DNA of 64,000 nt from Octopus sinensis (Eukaryota), in assembly GCF_006345805.1 (NCBI RefSeq), contig NC_043000.1, positions 149,420,001-149,484,000 of the forward strand. Direction: 5' to 3'. Under the pieces are notes generated by a model that worked only from the letters and a program-made list of their open reading frames with translations, was not told the DNA's origin and made no database searches. How positions within the stretch are numbered: position 1 is the stretch's first letter; every line of letters begins with the position of its first letter. Made by a program: the position numbers and the translations under genes. This document shows positions 38,422 to 51,930 of the stretch, in pieces.

Positions 38422-38904
38422 AAGACATGGACAACAATTCTTACCCTTAGAACTGAGAACAGAATAATTGTTTCTGATAGTATAGGCATTTCAAAGGGAA
38501 TATTCCAGGGAAATAATCTTTCTTTATTTTTTTTTTATTCTGGCACTGAATTCATTATCATTCCTTCTGCAGAAAACAAATGGTTACATACTAGGATCTT
38601 CAACTGCTAGAAATATCAGTGTAACTCATTATTTCTTTATAGACGACCTAAAGATTTATGTTAATATTGTTAACTATGCCAAAAAAACAACTGGAATTAA
38701 TAACAACATTTTCAGCTGATACAGGCATGAAATTTGACCAAAAGAAATGTTGGCTGTGTGGTAAGTAGCTTGCTAACCAACCATATGGTCCGGGTTCAGT
38801 CCCACTGCGTGGCATCTTGTGTCTTCTGCTATAGCCTCGGGCCGAACAATGCCTTGTGAGTGGATTTGGTAGACGGAAACTGAAAGAAGCCTGTCGTATA
38901 TATG

Positions 38905-38935
<31 letters not shown>

Positions 38936-40664
38936 GTGTGTGTGTGTGTGTTTGTCCCCCTAGCATTGCTTGACAACCGATGCTGGTGTGTTTACGTCCC
39001 CGTCACTTAGCGGTTCGGCAAAAGAGACCGATAGAATAAGTACTGGGCTTACAAAGAATAAGTCCCAGGGTCGATTTGCACGACTAAAGGCGGTGCTCCA
39101 GCATGGCCGCAGTCAAATGACTGAAACAAGTAAAAGTGTAAAGTGTATATTTAGTTATAGAAGGAGGAAAGTCAGTCCCCAAACCCAAAACCTGTGCATT
39201 AACAGTCTCTCTATCACCCCCATTCTATACAAAGAATGTTACAAGTACCTTGGCATCAACAAAAATGTATCATATGAAGGCACTGAGAATAAAGACAGAG
39301 TGACCTGAGAATATTACACCAGACTTAGGAAAATATGGCAGTCGGAACTCTCCTTTTACAACAAAACAATATCCCACAATGCATTTGCAGTACCAGTGCT
39401 GATCCCAACATTTGGGATACTTGATTGGTCTGTAGAGGAAATCCACTCCATAGATATCAAAACCTGCAAAATCCTGACAACAACTGGGGACTTCCACAGA
39501 AACAATGATGTTGACAGGCTCTACCTAAGAAAAAATGAAGGTGATAGAGGCCTGAGAACAGTGCGGACAGCCTTTGAATGCAGTTTGGTATCACTCAGGC
39601 AGCACCTGCTAAACTACAGCAGCAAAAATAAATATATAAATGCAGTACTGAAAAGCGAAGTGTGCAACATCGTATGAATTAGCAGTGAGCTCCTCAAGAA
39701 GCACTCTCTTCATGATGATCTCCTACACAGCCCCAAAACAGCTCAGAGAAGACCTGGATGGAAAGCACTCAGCATACACAAAAAAAAAGAAGGACGATTA
39801 TACATGGGTATGTTGCCTGGGAATCTTGAAGAAGACAGACGAATTGATATGAAGTGCAGCTTCTCTTGGACACAAGACCACAACATTACATCACACTTTG
39901 AGGGATATGCATTTGCAATCCAGGAACAGGAGATTGCCACAAAGGACCTGGTGAACAAGAGAGACAGTGATGTTCCTGCAATCCCAAGGTGCAACTGCAT
40001 GTGTAGGCAATGTCATGTTTCTGTGGAAGATATCATGCCTGTGATTATCAGCTGTCCTAAAATGTAGTCATGGTATTACCTCCCTATGCAGCACGATATT
40101 GTTACTAAAACAATTTACAATGCTATTCTAAAAAAGACTGTCCTGAAATAAACTTAGAAAATCCCTCCGTTATGAAATACATTCATAAACACCAACTCAA
40201 GGAATACTGATGGAATATTCTCATCAAAACTTCTGTCAAATGTAAACATAACAGGCTGGATATTGTTGTTTGGGACAGAGGGGCCAAAGTATGTTTCATC
40301 ATAGAGGTCAGCTGCCTTGCAGATATAAATATCTCTTTGAAAATAAAGGGAAAAGAAGATATCTATGGACAACTGCTTTGAAACCTCCAGTTTCTATATG
40401 CTGACAATGAATTCATATTCATACCAATAATAATTGGAGCACTAGGTTTTGTTAGTAAATGCTTAAAGGAAATTTTCAGAAAGAGAAATCAACCAGCTAA
40501 TTCGTGTAGTCGTGAGTGGAACAGTAAAAATATACAAGACTGTTCCAAATGTGAATTGGTCTGTGTTAACTACATGCCACAAAGATGGAGCCTTGTATCT
40601 TAGTTGGAAACCGGTTCCATCCTCAGTGGAAGATTTATAATAATTAAAAATAGAAGAGACACAG

Positions 40665-40707
<43 letters not shown>

Positions 40708-41430
40708 TACAAACACACACAAACCATAGAAGGGATTGATCATGTCAAAATCATGGCATGGAGTACCAACAAGTTTATCACATCCCACTTTGAAAGCTAC
40801 CTCCATGCAATTCAAAAACAAGGGATCACCATCGTCTACAGCATAAAAGGCAGAAAACCTTGGCAAACAATAAATGAAGGCTGTGTAAGACCAAGACAGA
40901 AGATATCAACCATATTATTACCAACTGCAGATAATATCTTGCAGATATTTCTTTCCATGATGCAGCAGCCAGAACAGTCTGGAACAAGATAACAAGAAAA
41001 AAAAACACCTACTGAAGGGTGACCATGTTGAAACCAATGGGTGAAAAGAATACAGGTGGAACCTATAAATTAAAACAGTTTCCAAGGTAAAACACAATCA
41101 GCCAAATATAGATCTGTAGGATCATAAGGAAAAGATATGTTCTGTAGTGGAAATCAGCTGTCTCTGGACACCAATGTGGTTAGAAAAACACAAGAGAAAG
41201 AGGACATCTATTGATAAGGAGTTTGCAAATCCAATACCCAAGATACACTTTCAACTTCATTTCTGTTATTATTGGAGCAACAAGGCACATAAAATCTCAC
41301 TTAGAGAAAAGTATTGCTGAATTTGGATTTTGAGAAGAGAACACAAATCCCTAATCCATATGCTATAAATTATTACAATATCTGGAACTATAAAAATCTG
41401 TAAGGCCTTCTTAAGATTTAAAGGATGATG
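38420..41430 (+). mobile_element. Decayed R4/Dong-like RLE LINE (two fragments), interrupted by a SINE and (CA)n
   Basis: GIFQG, IDDLKIY, YKYLGI, IPTFGILDWS, EGYAFAIQEQEI, CRQC..IISC knuckle, RLE-like DIVV..IIEVSC. Confidence 0.8.
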
Positions 41431-42017
41431 GTTAAAACCAGATGCTCTCTTTCACAACCTTGCTATCAAGTAGGTGCCAGGTCAAAATTTATTCTAAATT
41501 AAAAAGACAAAGAGAACAGGCATACATAGATATTTACATGTATATACACATGCATGTGCATGCACACACACACACACACACACACTTAAAATACATAATT
41601 TTGCATATATCATTTCTCATTAGGAAATAAGTTAATGTGAATGCATCACTCTAACATCAGGTAAGAAGAGACTGTCAAAATAATTGATTGTAACCAAGAC
41701 TTTAAATAAATCTTTGACACTAAATTAAATACCGCATTCATATACTATTGTTGCTTGTTAGCATATAGTTTGCTTTTGTATTTAGAGTCATTATACCTAT
41801 TTCTTTATTACCCACAAGGGGCTAAACATAGAAGGGACAAAGACAGACATAGGTATTAAGTCGATTACATCGACCCCAGTGCGTAACTGCTACTTAACTT
41901 ATCGCCCCGAAAGGATGAAAGGCAAAGTCAACCTCGGCGGAATTTGAACTCGGGACGTAACGACAGACGAAATACGGCTACACATTTCGCCCGGCATGCT
42001 AACGTTTCTCCCAGCTC

Positions 42018-42051
<34 letters not shown>

Positions 42052-42059
42052 TGTTACTT

Positions 42060-43140
42060 ATTTTTTCGAGTGTGTGTTGGAAGGAATTCTGAACAAGGTG
42101 GTAAGTAACCATTAATAAAACAAGTTTCAAGAAATAACTTGGGATTTGTCAAAGAAAATGGCAAAAATAAGTCTGAGAAGATATTTGAGATAACACAAAA
42201 TTAAAAAAACAATTAAGTTATCTATCAGGGAAACATGAAAGAAGAAAGTTCCAAAAGACAAATGTTCAAAGAAATTCGTAGAGTAGAAAATCTTACAGCA
42301 TGGGACAACAACTGTGAAAGGATGAGGAATAGTAGAAGGAGAAATCAATTAATAATTTAAGAGAGTCAGAAGAAAATTTGGCAGAACAACAACCATGGAA
42401 GTATTTGTAGAATTGAGATAAAGAAGTAATGTGGTGGAAGCACTCTGTCGGTTACGACGATGAGGGTTCCGGTTGATCCGAATCAACGGAACAGCATGCT
42501 CGTGAAATTAACGTGTAAGTGGCTGAGCACTCCACAGACACGTGTACCCTTAACGTAGTTCTCGGGGATATTCAGCGTGACACAGAGAGTGACAAGGCCG
42601 GCCCTTTGAAATACAGGTACAACAGAAACAGGAAGTAAGAGTGAAAGAAAGTTGTGGTGAAAGAGTACAGCAGGGATCACCACCACCCCCTGCTGGAGCC
42701 TCGTGGAGCTTTTTAGGTGTTTTCGCTCAATAAACACTCACAATGCCCGGTCTGGGAATTGAAACCGCGATCCTATGACCGCGAGTCCGCTGTCCTAACC
42801 ACTGGGTCATTGCGCCTCCACAGAAGTAATGTACTGGCGATGAGAAGAGGGTTAAGGTTTAGCAGTAAAAACAAAACCAACAGTTAGTAACTTGCTTTTG
42901 TGCTTAATGAAGCAGAGAAAGAATGCCAGTTGAAGTGCCAACCCAGACATGACAATTGTATTCCATGCAACACAAATAAAAAACTTATAAAGATGAAGAA
43001 TACATTCAAAGGAAAGATAATGAACTTGGGATAGAGAACTAACTTTCATAGGAGTTGATCTAGGAGTAGATTCAATACAAATATTCCAAGTGAGTTCTTC
43101 AGCAAAAGACAAACTTAAAAGATCCAGGAAGAATATACCT
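42060..43140 (-). mobile_element. Ancient CR1/Jockey-like LINE 3' remnant
   Basis: ORF 42852-43172 (LSFAEELTWNICIES..ILHLYK) resembles the post-RT region of such elements. Confidence 0.4.
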
Positions 43141-43921
43141 GGGGTTGAAAAACCAAAAAACCAAAAAACCAAAAAAAAAAAACCACTGAATTATTACTGA
43201 GCACTTCAATCAGTTTTTATTATTCAGGTAGTAAAAAAAAAATGAAAAAACAAATCAGGAAAATCAACCATCAAACAAACTAAACTTTCCATCCAAGCAA
43301 GAATGCAATGAGATGCATATTCACATGCTTTAAGGATATAAGAGTGTGAAAACTAGCTTTTAGAACATGAAAAGCAACAGTATTTTCCCCCACTGTCTTT
43401 AAACCACTTGTATATCAGAGTCAAAAGGTCAGTGGGAGAGTGTGATGTACAAAAACCCTTTTGTTTGTAAGAGAACAAAGTAACTCATTTAAAATGCAGA
43501 ACAAACAACCCCCCTCACCCCCCCGCCCCAAAAAACCAGAAAAAAAAACAAGAGCACTCTACTAAAGCAACACCAGTGATTAATATGAGAATATCTGAGA
43601 TAAAAGCCTTCAACGAATATCATGAGACATTTTGTTTTTCTCTTCTCTTAAATTCTGGTTTTTCTTAAGTAATCCTTTGCTTTAGATCGATACTGTAAAA
43701 TATTAAAGTGTATTTAAAACCTCCTAATATAATAATGAACGTAGTTTTTTCTTTATATATTTGTGTGTGTGTATATATATATATATTATATATATATATA
43801 TATCTATATATATATATATATATATATATCTATATATATATATATGTGTGTGTGACCGCGTGTGTACCGTTGGCGATTTTTTCCCTCCGTCTTCCCTTCT
43901 TTGGATCTTTCCTTTTCCTAT

Positions 43922-43956
43922 GTTTCTGACGAAGAGCTCCGCTCGAAACGTTGAAC
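43922..43956 (+). ncRNA. Minimal type I hammerhead ribozyme with intact core, in a ~200-bp element (43850-44050) between TA tracts
   Basis: gttt-CTGACGA-a-GAGC-tcc-GCTC-GAAA-CG-TT-gaac; palindromic AACGTT stem III as in PLE-associated HHRs. Confidence 0.8.
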
Positions 43957-44046
43957 CCTCCTTCTTTCCTGAGCGTCCAATAATACGATACTTGTTCCAC
44001 GTCCTCGCGTTGTTGTGTTTTCTCTTTGTGTTTTCATGTTTGGATT

Positions 44047-44083
<37 letters not shown>

Positions 44084-44269
44084 GTTAAACATACAAAAGA
44101 TTTCACGTAAACCTGAAGGTTCAACTTTCAAAAACAACTTGTGTGATTTTTTTTGCTACCTTGGTAACTATTTATGTATTTTTCCCTGTTAATTGTTAAC
44201 AAGGGAAAAATACATGCATCTATTTATATATATACATATATGTATATATATTTTCATATATTTGTGTAT

Positions 44270-44849
44270 GAGGTAAGACGGTTTTTTTTCTCTAATTTGT
44301 TGCACACACGCATTTTTGCTAATACATACGCGGTGAAGCTACACATTAGCGTCGTATTTTTACGTTCGCTATTTCCAGTAAATATCGGTACTTAGTTGTG
44401 CCATTTATTTACTAATTTGTGTATTTTTCCCTCACGGGCTACTTTTTACTGGAAGGCAATACTTTGTATTGCATTACTGATATTTTGAAACTTCTTCACC
44501 GTTTCTCGTACTGTTAGCGTTCCGCATTTCAGTCGAGTGTGTTAGTATTAATGTGGTAACATCGTAGATTTCGTCTTGGTATATGTTTGGCTGATGAAGG
44601 TAAAATAAAATATGGGTGAGAGACATATCTTGTAAAACCTGAAACCTGCAGGTACCACATTATCCTTTTCCGGGTGTTTCATCTTTCAGATGTTCTCCCT
44701 GGAGGTAAGACGGTTTTTTTTCTCTAATTTGTTGCACACAGGCATTTTTGCTAATACATACGCGGTGAAGCTACACATTAGCGTCGTATTTTTACGTTCG
44801 CTATTTCCAGTAAATATCGGTACTTAGTTGTGCCATTTATTTACTAATT

Positions 44850-44852
<3 letters not shown>
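44270..44852 (+). repeat. 432-bp unit with a 151-bp terminal direct repeat (44270-44420 = 44702-44852)
   Basis: The two copies differ at one position by eye; the unit contains an HHR. Confidence 0.9.
44583..44660 (+). ncRNA. Type I hammerhead ribozyme with intact core and extended stem II; predicted cleavage after GUA at 44654
   Basis: atg(tt)tgg-CTGATGA-AGGT..atatg/catat..ACCT-GAAA-CCTGCAGG-TA-ccacat. Confidence 0.8.
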
Positions 44853-44887
<35 letters not shown>

Positions 44888-44889
<2 letters not shown>

Positions 44890-46200
44890 CATCGTTTAAC
44901 GTCCGCTTTCCATGCTAGCATGGGTTGGACGATTTTGTCTGAGGGCTGGCGAACCAGATGGCTGCACCACACTCCAATCTTGATCTGGCAGAGTTTCTAT
45001 AGCTGGATGCCCTTCCTAACACCAACCACTCCGAGAGTGTAGTGGGTGCTTTTTACGTGCCACCGGCACGGATGCCAGTCAGGCGGTACTGGCAATGACC
45101 TCGGTCGAATCTTTTTATGCATGCCACCGGCACAAGTGCCAGTAAGGCGACGCTGGTAACGATCAAACACGAACGGTGCCCTCTGGCAACGATCACGCTT
45201 GGTTGGTGCTCTTGGCACCCTACGAGCACGGGCACAAGTGTCAGTAAGGCGCCGTTGGTAACGATCACACTCGAATGGTGCCTTTTATGTGCCACTGGCA
45301 CGGAAGCCGGTTAGCCGCTCTGTCAACGATCACACTCATATGGTGCTCTTTGCACCTCGCTAGCACGGATGCCAGTCATCGAATTTGATTTTGATTTCAC
45401 TTGCCTTAACAGGTCTTCGCAAGCAGAGTTTAGTATCCAAAGAAGGAAAAGGTACGCATAAGCGGGCTGGTTACGCTCCTGGCAAAGACCACGCGTTATG
45501 GTCTCATTTGGCTTCCGGGTCTTCTCGAGCACAGCATATTTCCAAAAGCCTCGGTCACTGGTCATTTCCTTGGTGAGGCCTAAAGTTCGAAGGTCGTGCT
45601 TCACCACTTCATCCCAGGTCTTCCTGGGTCCACTTCTTCCACAGGTTCCCTCAACCGCTAGGGTGTGGCACTTTTTCACACAACTATCTTCATCCATTCT
45701 CGCCACATGACCATACCAGCGCAAGCGTCTCTCTTGCACACCACATCTGATGCTTCTTCGGTCCAACTTTTCTCTCAAGGTACTAACACTCTGTCGAGTA
45801 TGCACACTGACATTACACATCCATCGGATCATACTGGCTTCATGCCTTGCGAGCTTACGCATGTCCTCAGCAGTCACAGTCCATGTTTCACTGCCATGTA
45901 GCATGGCTGTTCGTACACAAGCATCATACAGTCTACCTTTTACTCTGAGCGAGAGGCTCTTTGTCACCAGCAGAAGTAAAAGCTCTCTGAACTTTGCCCA
46001 GGCTATTCTTACTCTAGCAGTTACACTTTCAGCGCACCCTCCTCCGCTACTGACTTGGTCACCTAGGTAACAGAAGCTATCTACTACTTCTAGTTTTTTC
46101 TCCCTGGAATGTGGCGGGAGTTGTTCGCTGCGCATTTTCAGTGTTTATTGCTCCCGAGCATCTGCCACATATAAAAACTATCTCCCCAGTTAGCGTTCCT
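44888..46200 (-). mobile_element. 5'-truncated RTE LINE with 3' UTR
   Basis: ORF 45323-46135: VDSFCYLG..HGSETW..RRLRWYGHV..PRKTW; same tail as the other RTE copies. Confidence 0.9.
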
Positions 46201-46214
46201 TTGATATATATATT

Positions 46215-46245
<31 letters not shown>

Positions 46246-46246
46246 G

Positions 46247-46292
<46 letters not shown>

Positions 46293-48073
46293 AGGGCAAA
46301 CAATCGCGAGAAAAAACATAATTCTCAAAAATTAATTTGCTAAGATATTATCAATTTAGTTGTCATCTGGAATGACTATTTTAAAAAATGATAATAACAG
46401 AATTACTAATATAGGTCATCACAAGCCCAAGAAAAGCATTAAATAGCTGAGGGATTAAACTTTAAATTAATCAAAGGACATACTAAGTATGTACTAAGTA
46501 TGTCTGCCTGCTGGAAATAACAGTTAAAACTCATATTTAAATCACCAAAATTACACTGATGATAACTACAGAAATCAACCGAAGTAGAACAGGTTAATAA
46601 AATCTCCTAACGTACATTAAAGTACAAGGACTCACGTGGACTGGTTTCTGTATTGGCAAAATAAATAAAATCCCCTTAACGTCATTAGTATGCGTTACCA
46701 TGAAAACAGACCCCAAACTACTTGTATCAAGAGAGAGAGGGGGGGAAGAGTGCAGGTAATATATAGAGAACAGCCCAGTGAGGTGGATCAGCGGAGAGAA
46801 GAAACATCAGGTAATGGTGGTGGGAGGAGAGAGATATCTGGTGTCGATGGTGAGATGATAAAGATCGGCGTAAGGATCAAGATATCCGGTATTGTAAGGC
46901 GGCGAGTTGGCAGAAACGTTAGTACGCCGGGCGAAATGCTTAGCGGTATTTCGTCTGTCGTTACGTTGTGAGTTCAAATTCCGCCGAGGTCGACTTTGCC
47001 TTTCATCCTTTCGGGGTCGATAAATTGAGTACCAGTTACGCACTGGGGTCGATGTAATCGACTTAATACCTATGTCTGTCCTCGTTTGTCCCCTCTATGT
47101 TTAGCCCCTTGTGGGTAGTAAAGAAATAGGTATTGTTTGGTGGTGGTGGTGGGGGTGGGGGCGCACCGCGAACAAGCGAGTTTAATTTGAGGACACGGGA
47201 CGAGGATCTAACGAAAGTAGCGGGAGTGTTTAGTATAGTATACATTCATAGAGTTCATGGCGGATAAGAAATTAAACTAGAGAAACGAGGAATAAGAAAT
47301 TAAACAGGCCAAGAGACGAGTGATTATCCTAATTTAATTAGTTAGCTTCTGAGAAAAATGAGCTGTTAGTAAACAGTACATTTAAATAGCGGTGGTGGTG
47401 ACCCCCTTCGGTCAGACACTGACCTTGGGTTTGCACCTAGAGAGTTACCCTCTGAGGCACAAGTCTGGGCAAGGTTGTTTTATGGGAGACCAGCAGTCGT
47501 CCATGCATACCGGCCTTCCCTCTCCACGTCACCGATGTTGTCCAAGGGAAAGGCAAAAGGGGCCGATACAGCTTGGCATCTGTGACGTCGCAACTCATTT
47601 CTACAGCTGAGTGAACTGGAGCAACGTGAAATAAAGTGTCTTGCTCAAGAACACATCACGCAGCCCGGTCCGGGATTCGAGCTCACAACCTCACGATCGT
47701 AAGCTCGACGCTCTAACCACTGAGCCACGCGCCTTCACATTTAAATAGTAAACAATACATTTAAAGTGTTAAAGGCGAATGAGTGAATGAAGGATCGAAA
47801 AACGAGACTTAGCTTAGCTTAGCAATGCATAATCATCATTTGGCGACTGGGCAAGAATAAGTGGGTGGCCCCTGTGCCAGTGGCACGTAAAAACCACCCA
47901 CTACACTCACGGAGTAGTTGGCGTTAAGAAGGGCATCCAACTGTAGAAACACTGCCAGATCAGACTGGAGCCTGGTGCAGCCTCCTGGCTTCCCAGAACC
48001 CGGTCGAACCGTCCAACCCATGCTATCACTTAAAACGGACGTTAAACGATGATGATGAACGATGATGATGATA

Positions 48074-48112
<39 letters not shown>

Positions 48113-48269
48113 ACACACACACACATACATATATATATAGGTTATGGGAGGTAATGGTGTCAGTGAGACCCAAAGGTGTCAGCTAGTGCCGAATAAGTGC
48201 TATGGATAGACCATAGTTAAGTTCCAGGTTCGGTGATTAGTCGAATAAGGGGTCCAACTTGGGTCATAT

Positions 48270-51200
48270 ATCAGCGTGTGTATATAATTTTTTTTCTCCG
48301 TAATGAAATAACAAACCAAGGCAGTGTAGATTTTAGAACATTTATAAATAGGTCTTACAGCTGTTTCTAGGATATTTATTATATTCCTTCATCGGAGACG
48401 GTATGAGAAGATGGTTAAGCAATAATTAATTTAGATAAGATACGAAATAGAGAGTGAGGTGGAGGAATGAAAATGGATGTGAGATATGCAGGGATATTGT
48501 CTTTGTAGATCCATTATTTAGGCAGAATGGTATACATATAAGATTCGAATACCTTATGGGTAAAATCCAATAGTATTTAAAATTGGCCATTCTAAGTATA
48601 GAGTTTATGCACAGTGTTATTGAATCAAGGGTTTTATTTAAAGTGACCTAAAAGTAGGGAATGCATTAGTAAGGTCAAATCGAAAACAGGAAGAGAGGAA
48701 TAAAGAAAGAGAAAAAATGAGAAAAAAGAGAAAAGAAAGAGAAGAAAATAAGAAGTGTGTATGGGTGTGTATGTGTGTGTAAGTGTGTTGTATTTATCAG
48801 GGGTTCTGTGTGTATCCGTGTGTGTTGGGTTTATCGGGGTGGTGTGTATGTGTGCGTGTACGTTCAGTGCATGTTGGTACTGAGTATGGTACTGAGTATG
48901 GTACTGAGTGTTTGTGTGTATATGTGGGTGTGGTTTATGTAGTTTCCGGGTGTGCGTGCATATGTGTGTGTGCTGAGTTTGTGAGTGATTTGTTTTGTCT
49001 GTATTGTTAGTGCAGTGTGTGTGTTTACGTGTGGGTGTGTTTGTGTAAGTGTGTCTATGTGTCTTGTATTTGTCGGGGAGGTGTGTGTCATTGTGTGTGT
49101 GTGCATACTTGTGTGTATGTGTGTGTGTCTGTGTGTTTGTGAGTGTTTGTTGGGATTGTATTATGTGTATATGTACATGTTTTTTCTTTTCAGTGTGTGT
49201 GTGATTTTTTACTGGGGAACGAGCGTATTGTGTTTGTGTGTCTGTGTACATATGTGTGCATATATGCATGTGTGTTTGTGTGTGTATCTGTGTATGTGAG
49301 AATGTGATTTGTAATTGTCAGGATGATGTGTAGATGTGTGCATGTACATGTTTACGTATGTGTGTATGTGTGTGTGAGTGTTGGTTATGGTTGCTAGAAT
49401 CGTATTGCAAGTGTATATATGTATGTGTTTTTTCTTGGAATGTGTGGGTTTGTGTTCGAGTGTGGGAATATTGTGTTTGTGCGTGTGTGTATATGTATGT
49501 CTTTGCGTGGGAGGTTTGCATTGTATTTGTATGTGTGTGATTTTGTACATCTGTATATGTTTTTGTGTGTGTTTGTTGTAGGTGTATACCTGGGGGAATA
49601 TGTTAGAGCGTGCTGAGTTGTGGTCTGTATTTTCGAATAAGATTATTTTCCCTATTTATTCCTGTTTGGTCAGTGGTATTGTCTGGGCATTGGTATAGTC
49701 GGAAAACTAGGAATTTGGGGGACTTGTTTTCTGCACAGAGATCTAAGTGATCACTAAGTGGTATCTGTTTTGTGATGAGATCCCTCAATTATTGGCGGTG
49801 GACTGTCATCCTTTATCTGAGGGTAAAGCTCGTTTGCCCAATGCAATCTTTGTGGTACCCTTCACACCTTATGGCATAAAGTAGATTCTTTGGTGCACAG
49901 GTGAAGTTATTTTTTACAACAAAGTGTGTCCTGACTGGAATTTGTATATTGTTCCTTCAATGAGGTGGATGCAAGTCCTGGTTGCAACGACCACATTTTT
50001 TGACGGTGGGCTTGTGTCGGGTAATTTTGCATTGGTGAAACAGAAGGTATTGTTTGGAATCAGTTGGTTTGTAGTGGATATCAGTTTCAATGTTGGTACC
50101 TTTTTTATACTAAGAATGTCAAGAAAAGGAAGTTGGTCTTGACTATATTCCATTGCAAATTAGATATGGTTGTCGACACTGTTGATTAAAGTTTTTGAAA
50201 TCACTGAGTTGGTCGAATGTGTGGGACCATAGGATGAGGCAATCATCCAAGTAGCGTTTCCAATTCTCCAACAGGTATTTATGGAAAGACAGGCCGTATT
50301 TTGATTTGGATTCTTCATAAATTTGTAATTCTAGGTAGGCCATCACCAGGTTTGCATAGGTAGGGGCAACTTTAGTACCCATTACAGTCTCTGATACCTG
50401 TCTGTAGGTATTATTATTAAAATTAAAAAAAGTTGTTTTGGAGGATAAACTTAAGGCCCTCGATGATGAATTCTTTTTTTTATTCTTTCCGGGACCCCGT
50501 TAGGGTATTTTTCAAGCCAGAAATTTAATGGCTTCTAGTCCATATTGATGTGGGATCGTAGTGTAAAGGTTTATCACATCAAAGGAGACAATGAAAATGT
50601 CTTTATTGGTATGTTTGGGGAGATGATTTAGTAGGTCCAGGTCTTACAATACTTGGTATGTGTTTGAGTATTGGTTTTAAGAGGGCATCGATAAAGTTGC
50701 TTAATCTGTGTGTTTCACAGTTTGGGTCTGCCACAATTGGTCCCAGTTTGAGATCAGTGGGATGTGGTACAGTGATGCAGGTTGAAGCGGACTTTTTGCA
50801 AGCTTCGGTAATTATTTTGCTCTTGTGGATTTTTGGAAGCCCGTAGGGGATGCTGGTTTGGCAATTAAAATTTGTTAGGTAGTCGCATTCCTTTGCCGTT
50901 AAGTTATTTCGATGTTGGCAAATGAGTGTGATTAATTTGATAATTGTTTTTGATTGTTGGTAGTTGACTATTCTTTCATAGTTGGTAGTATTTTGTAAGA
51001 GGTGAGATACAGAGTTTTTGTATTGTTGAGTATCCATACAATACAAATGACGACAGCACTACCCTTATCTGCTTCCGTGATTGTGATGTCATGATTGTTT
51101 CGTAACTCATAGAGGATTTCCCATTCCCTTTTACTGGTATTGGGTTTGGGTTTAGGTTGTGGAAGTTCACTATAAGGAAAGTTTGAAATGTAGTCACAAA

Positions 51201-51930
51201 ATTTGTCCAAAGTTTTGTTTCTGCCTTTTGTGGGATTATAATCGCTCTTGTTATGGACCATTGATTTGTCGTTATTAATTTCTTTGTAAAAAAAAATTCC
51301 TCTGTGAGGCATAATTTTCTGTAAAAGTGTGAGACATCATCCTGCATTTCACTCAGGTTAGGGTATTGTGGGGTTGGTGTGAATTTTAGTTCTTTTGAAA
51401 GGATTTTGATTTGTTGGGTTGACAGGCTTAGGTTTGAGAGATTGGGAATTTGTGGTTCTTGTGTGTTTGCATTATTTGTGTTCATATCTGGTGGGGGTAA
51501 GGAAAGGGCTGGTGTCTGCAGGGGGAGATGGTTTGGGGTGTGGAGCGGGAAGGGAGGGACGGGAATAGGTTGTGGTTCTTCCTTGCTGGTTTGCTGTTTT
51601 CTTCTTTTACTCTTCTTCTTGCCCACCTCTGTCCATTCTGTTTATTTTTCTTTTTGTACTCCTAGTTTTTCGTTTCCATCTTTCTCAGTTCCTGATGTTA
51701 CGACTGTCGAAGACGCGGTCTCCACTGGATCTTCTTTTGGTCTTTCTACAGGGAGTGGGGAAGCACTTGACCTGACCAGTGCGACAGGTTGTACTGGGTT
51801 ACATGTTACCAGTAGCGCCCAAGAGCGACCTGACCTTGTAGTGACCCTCTGTGCATACATAAGAACATTATCACATATCGAAACCGTGTTACGTCCAACC
51901 ACACGTACTTTTTTTTTTATTTATTTCTTC
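48270..51930 (-). mobile_element. Decayed Penelope-like element (RT, GIY-YIG endonuclease, pLTR with hammerhead)
   Basis: Frameshifted fragments: LKFTPTP, ADKGSAVVI, YGLPKIHK, MGTKVAPTYANL..WKRYLDD, LPFLDI, and NLLYAIRC..CIGQT (GIY-YIG). Confidence 0.9.
48352..48399 (-). ncRNA. Type I hammerhead ribozyme (U4C core variant) in the Penelope 3' pLTR
   Basis: Minus strand: gtct-CCGATGA-AGGA..TCCT-a-GAAA-CAGCTG-TA-agac. Confidence 0.7.
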
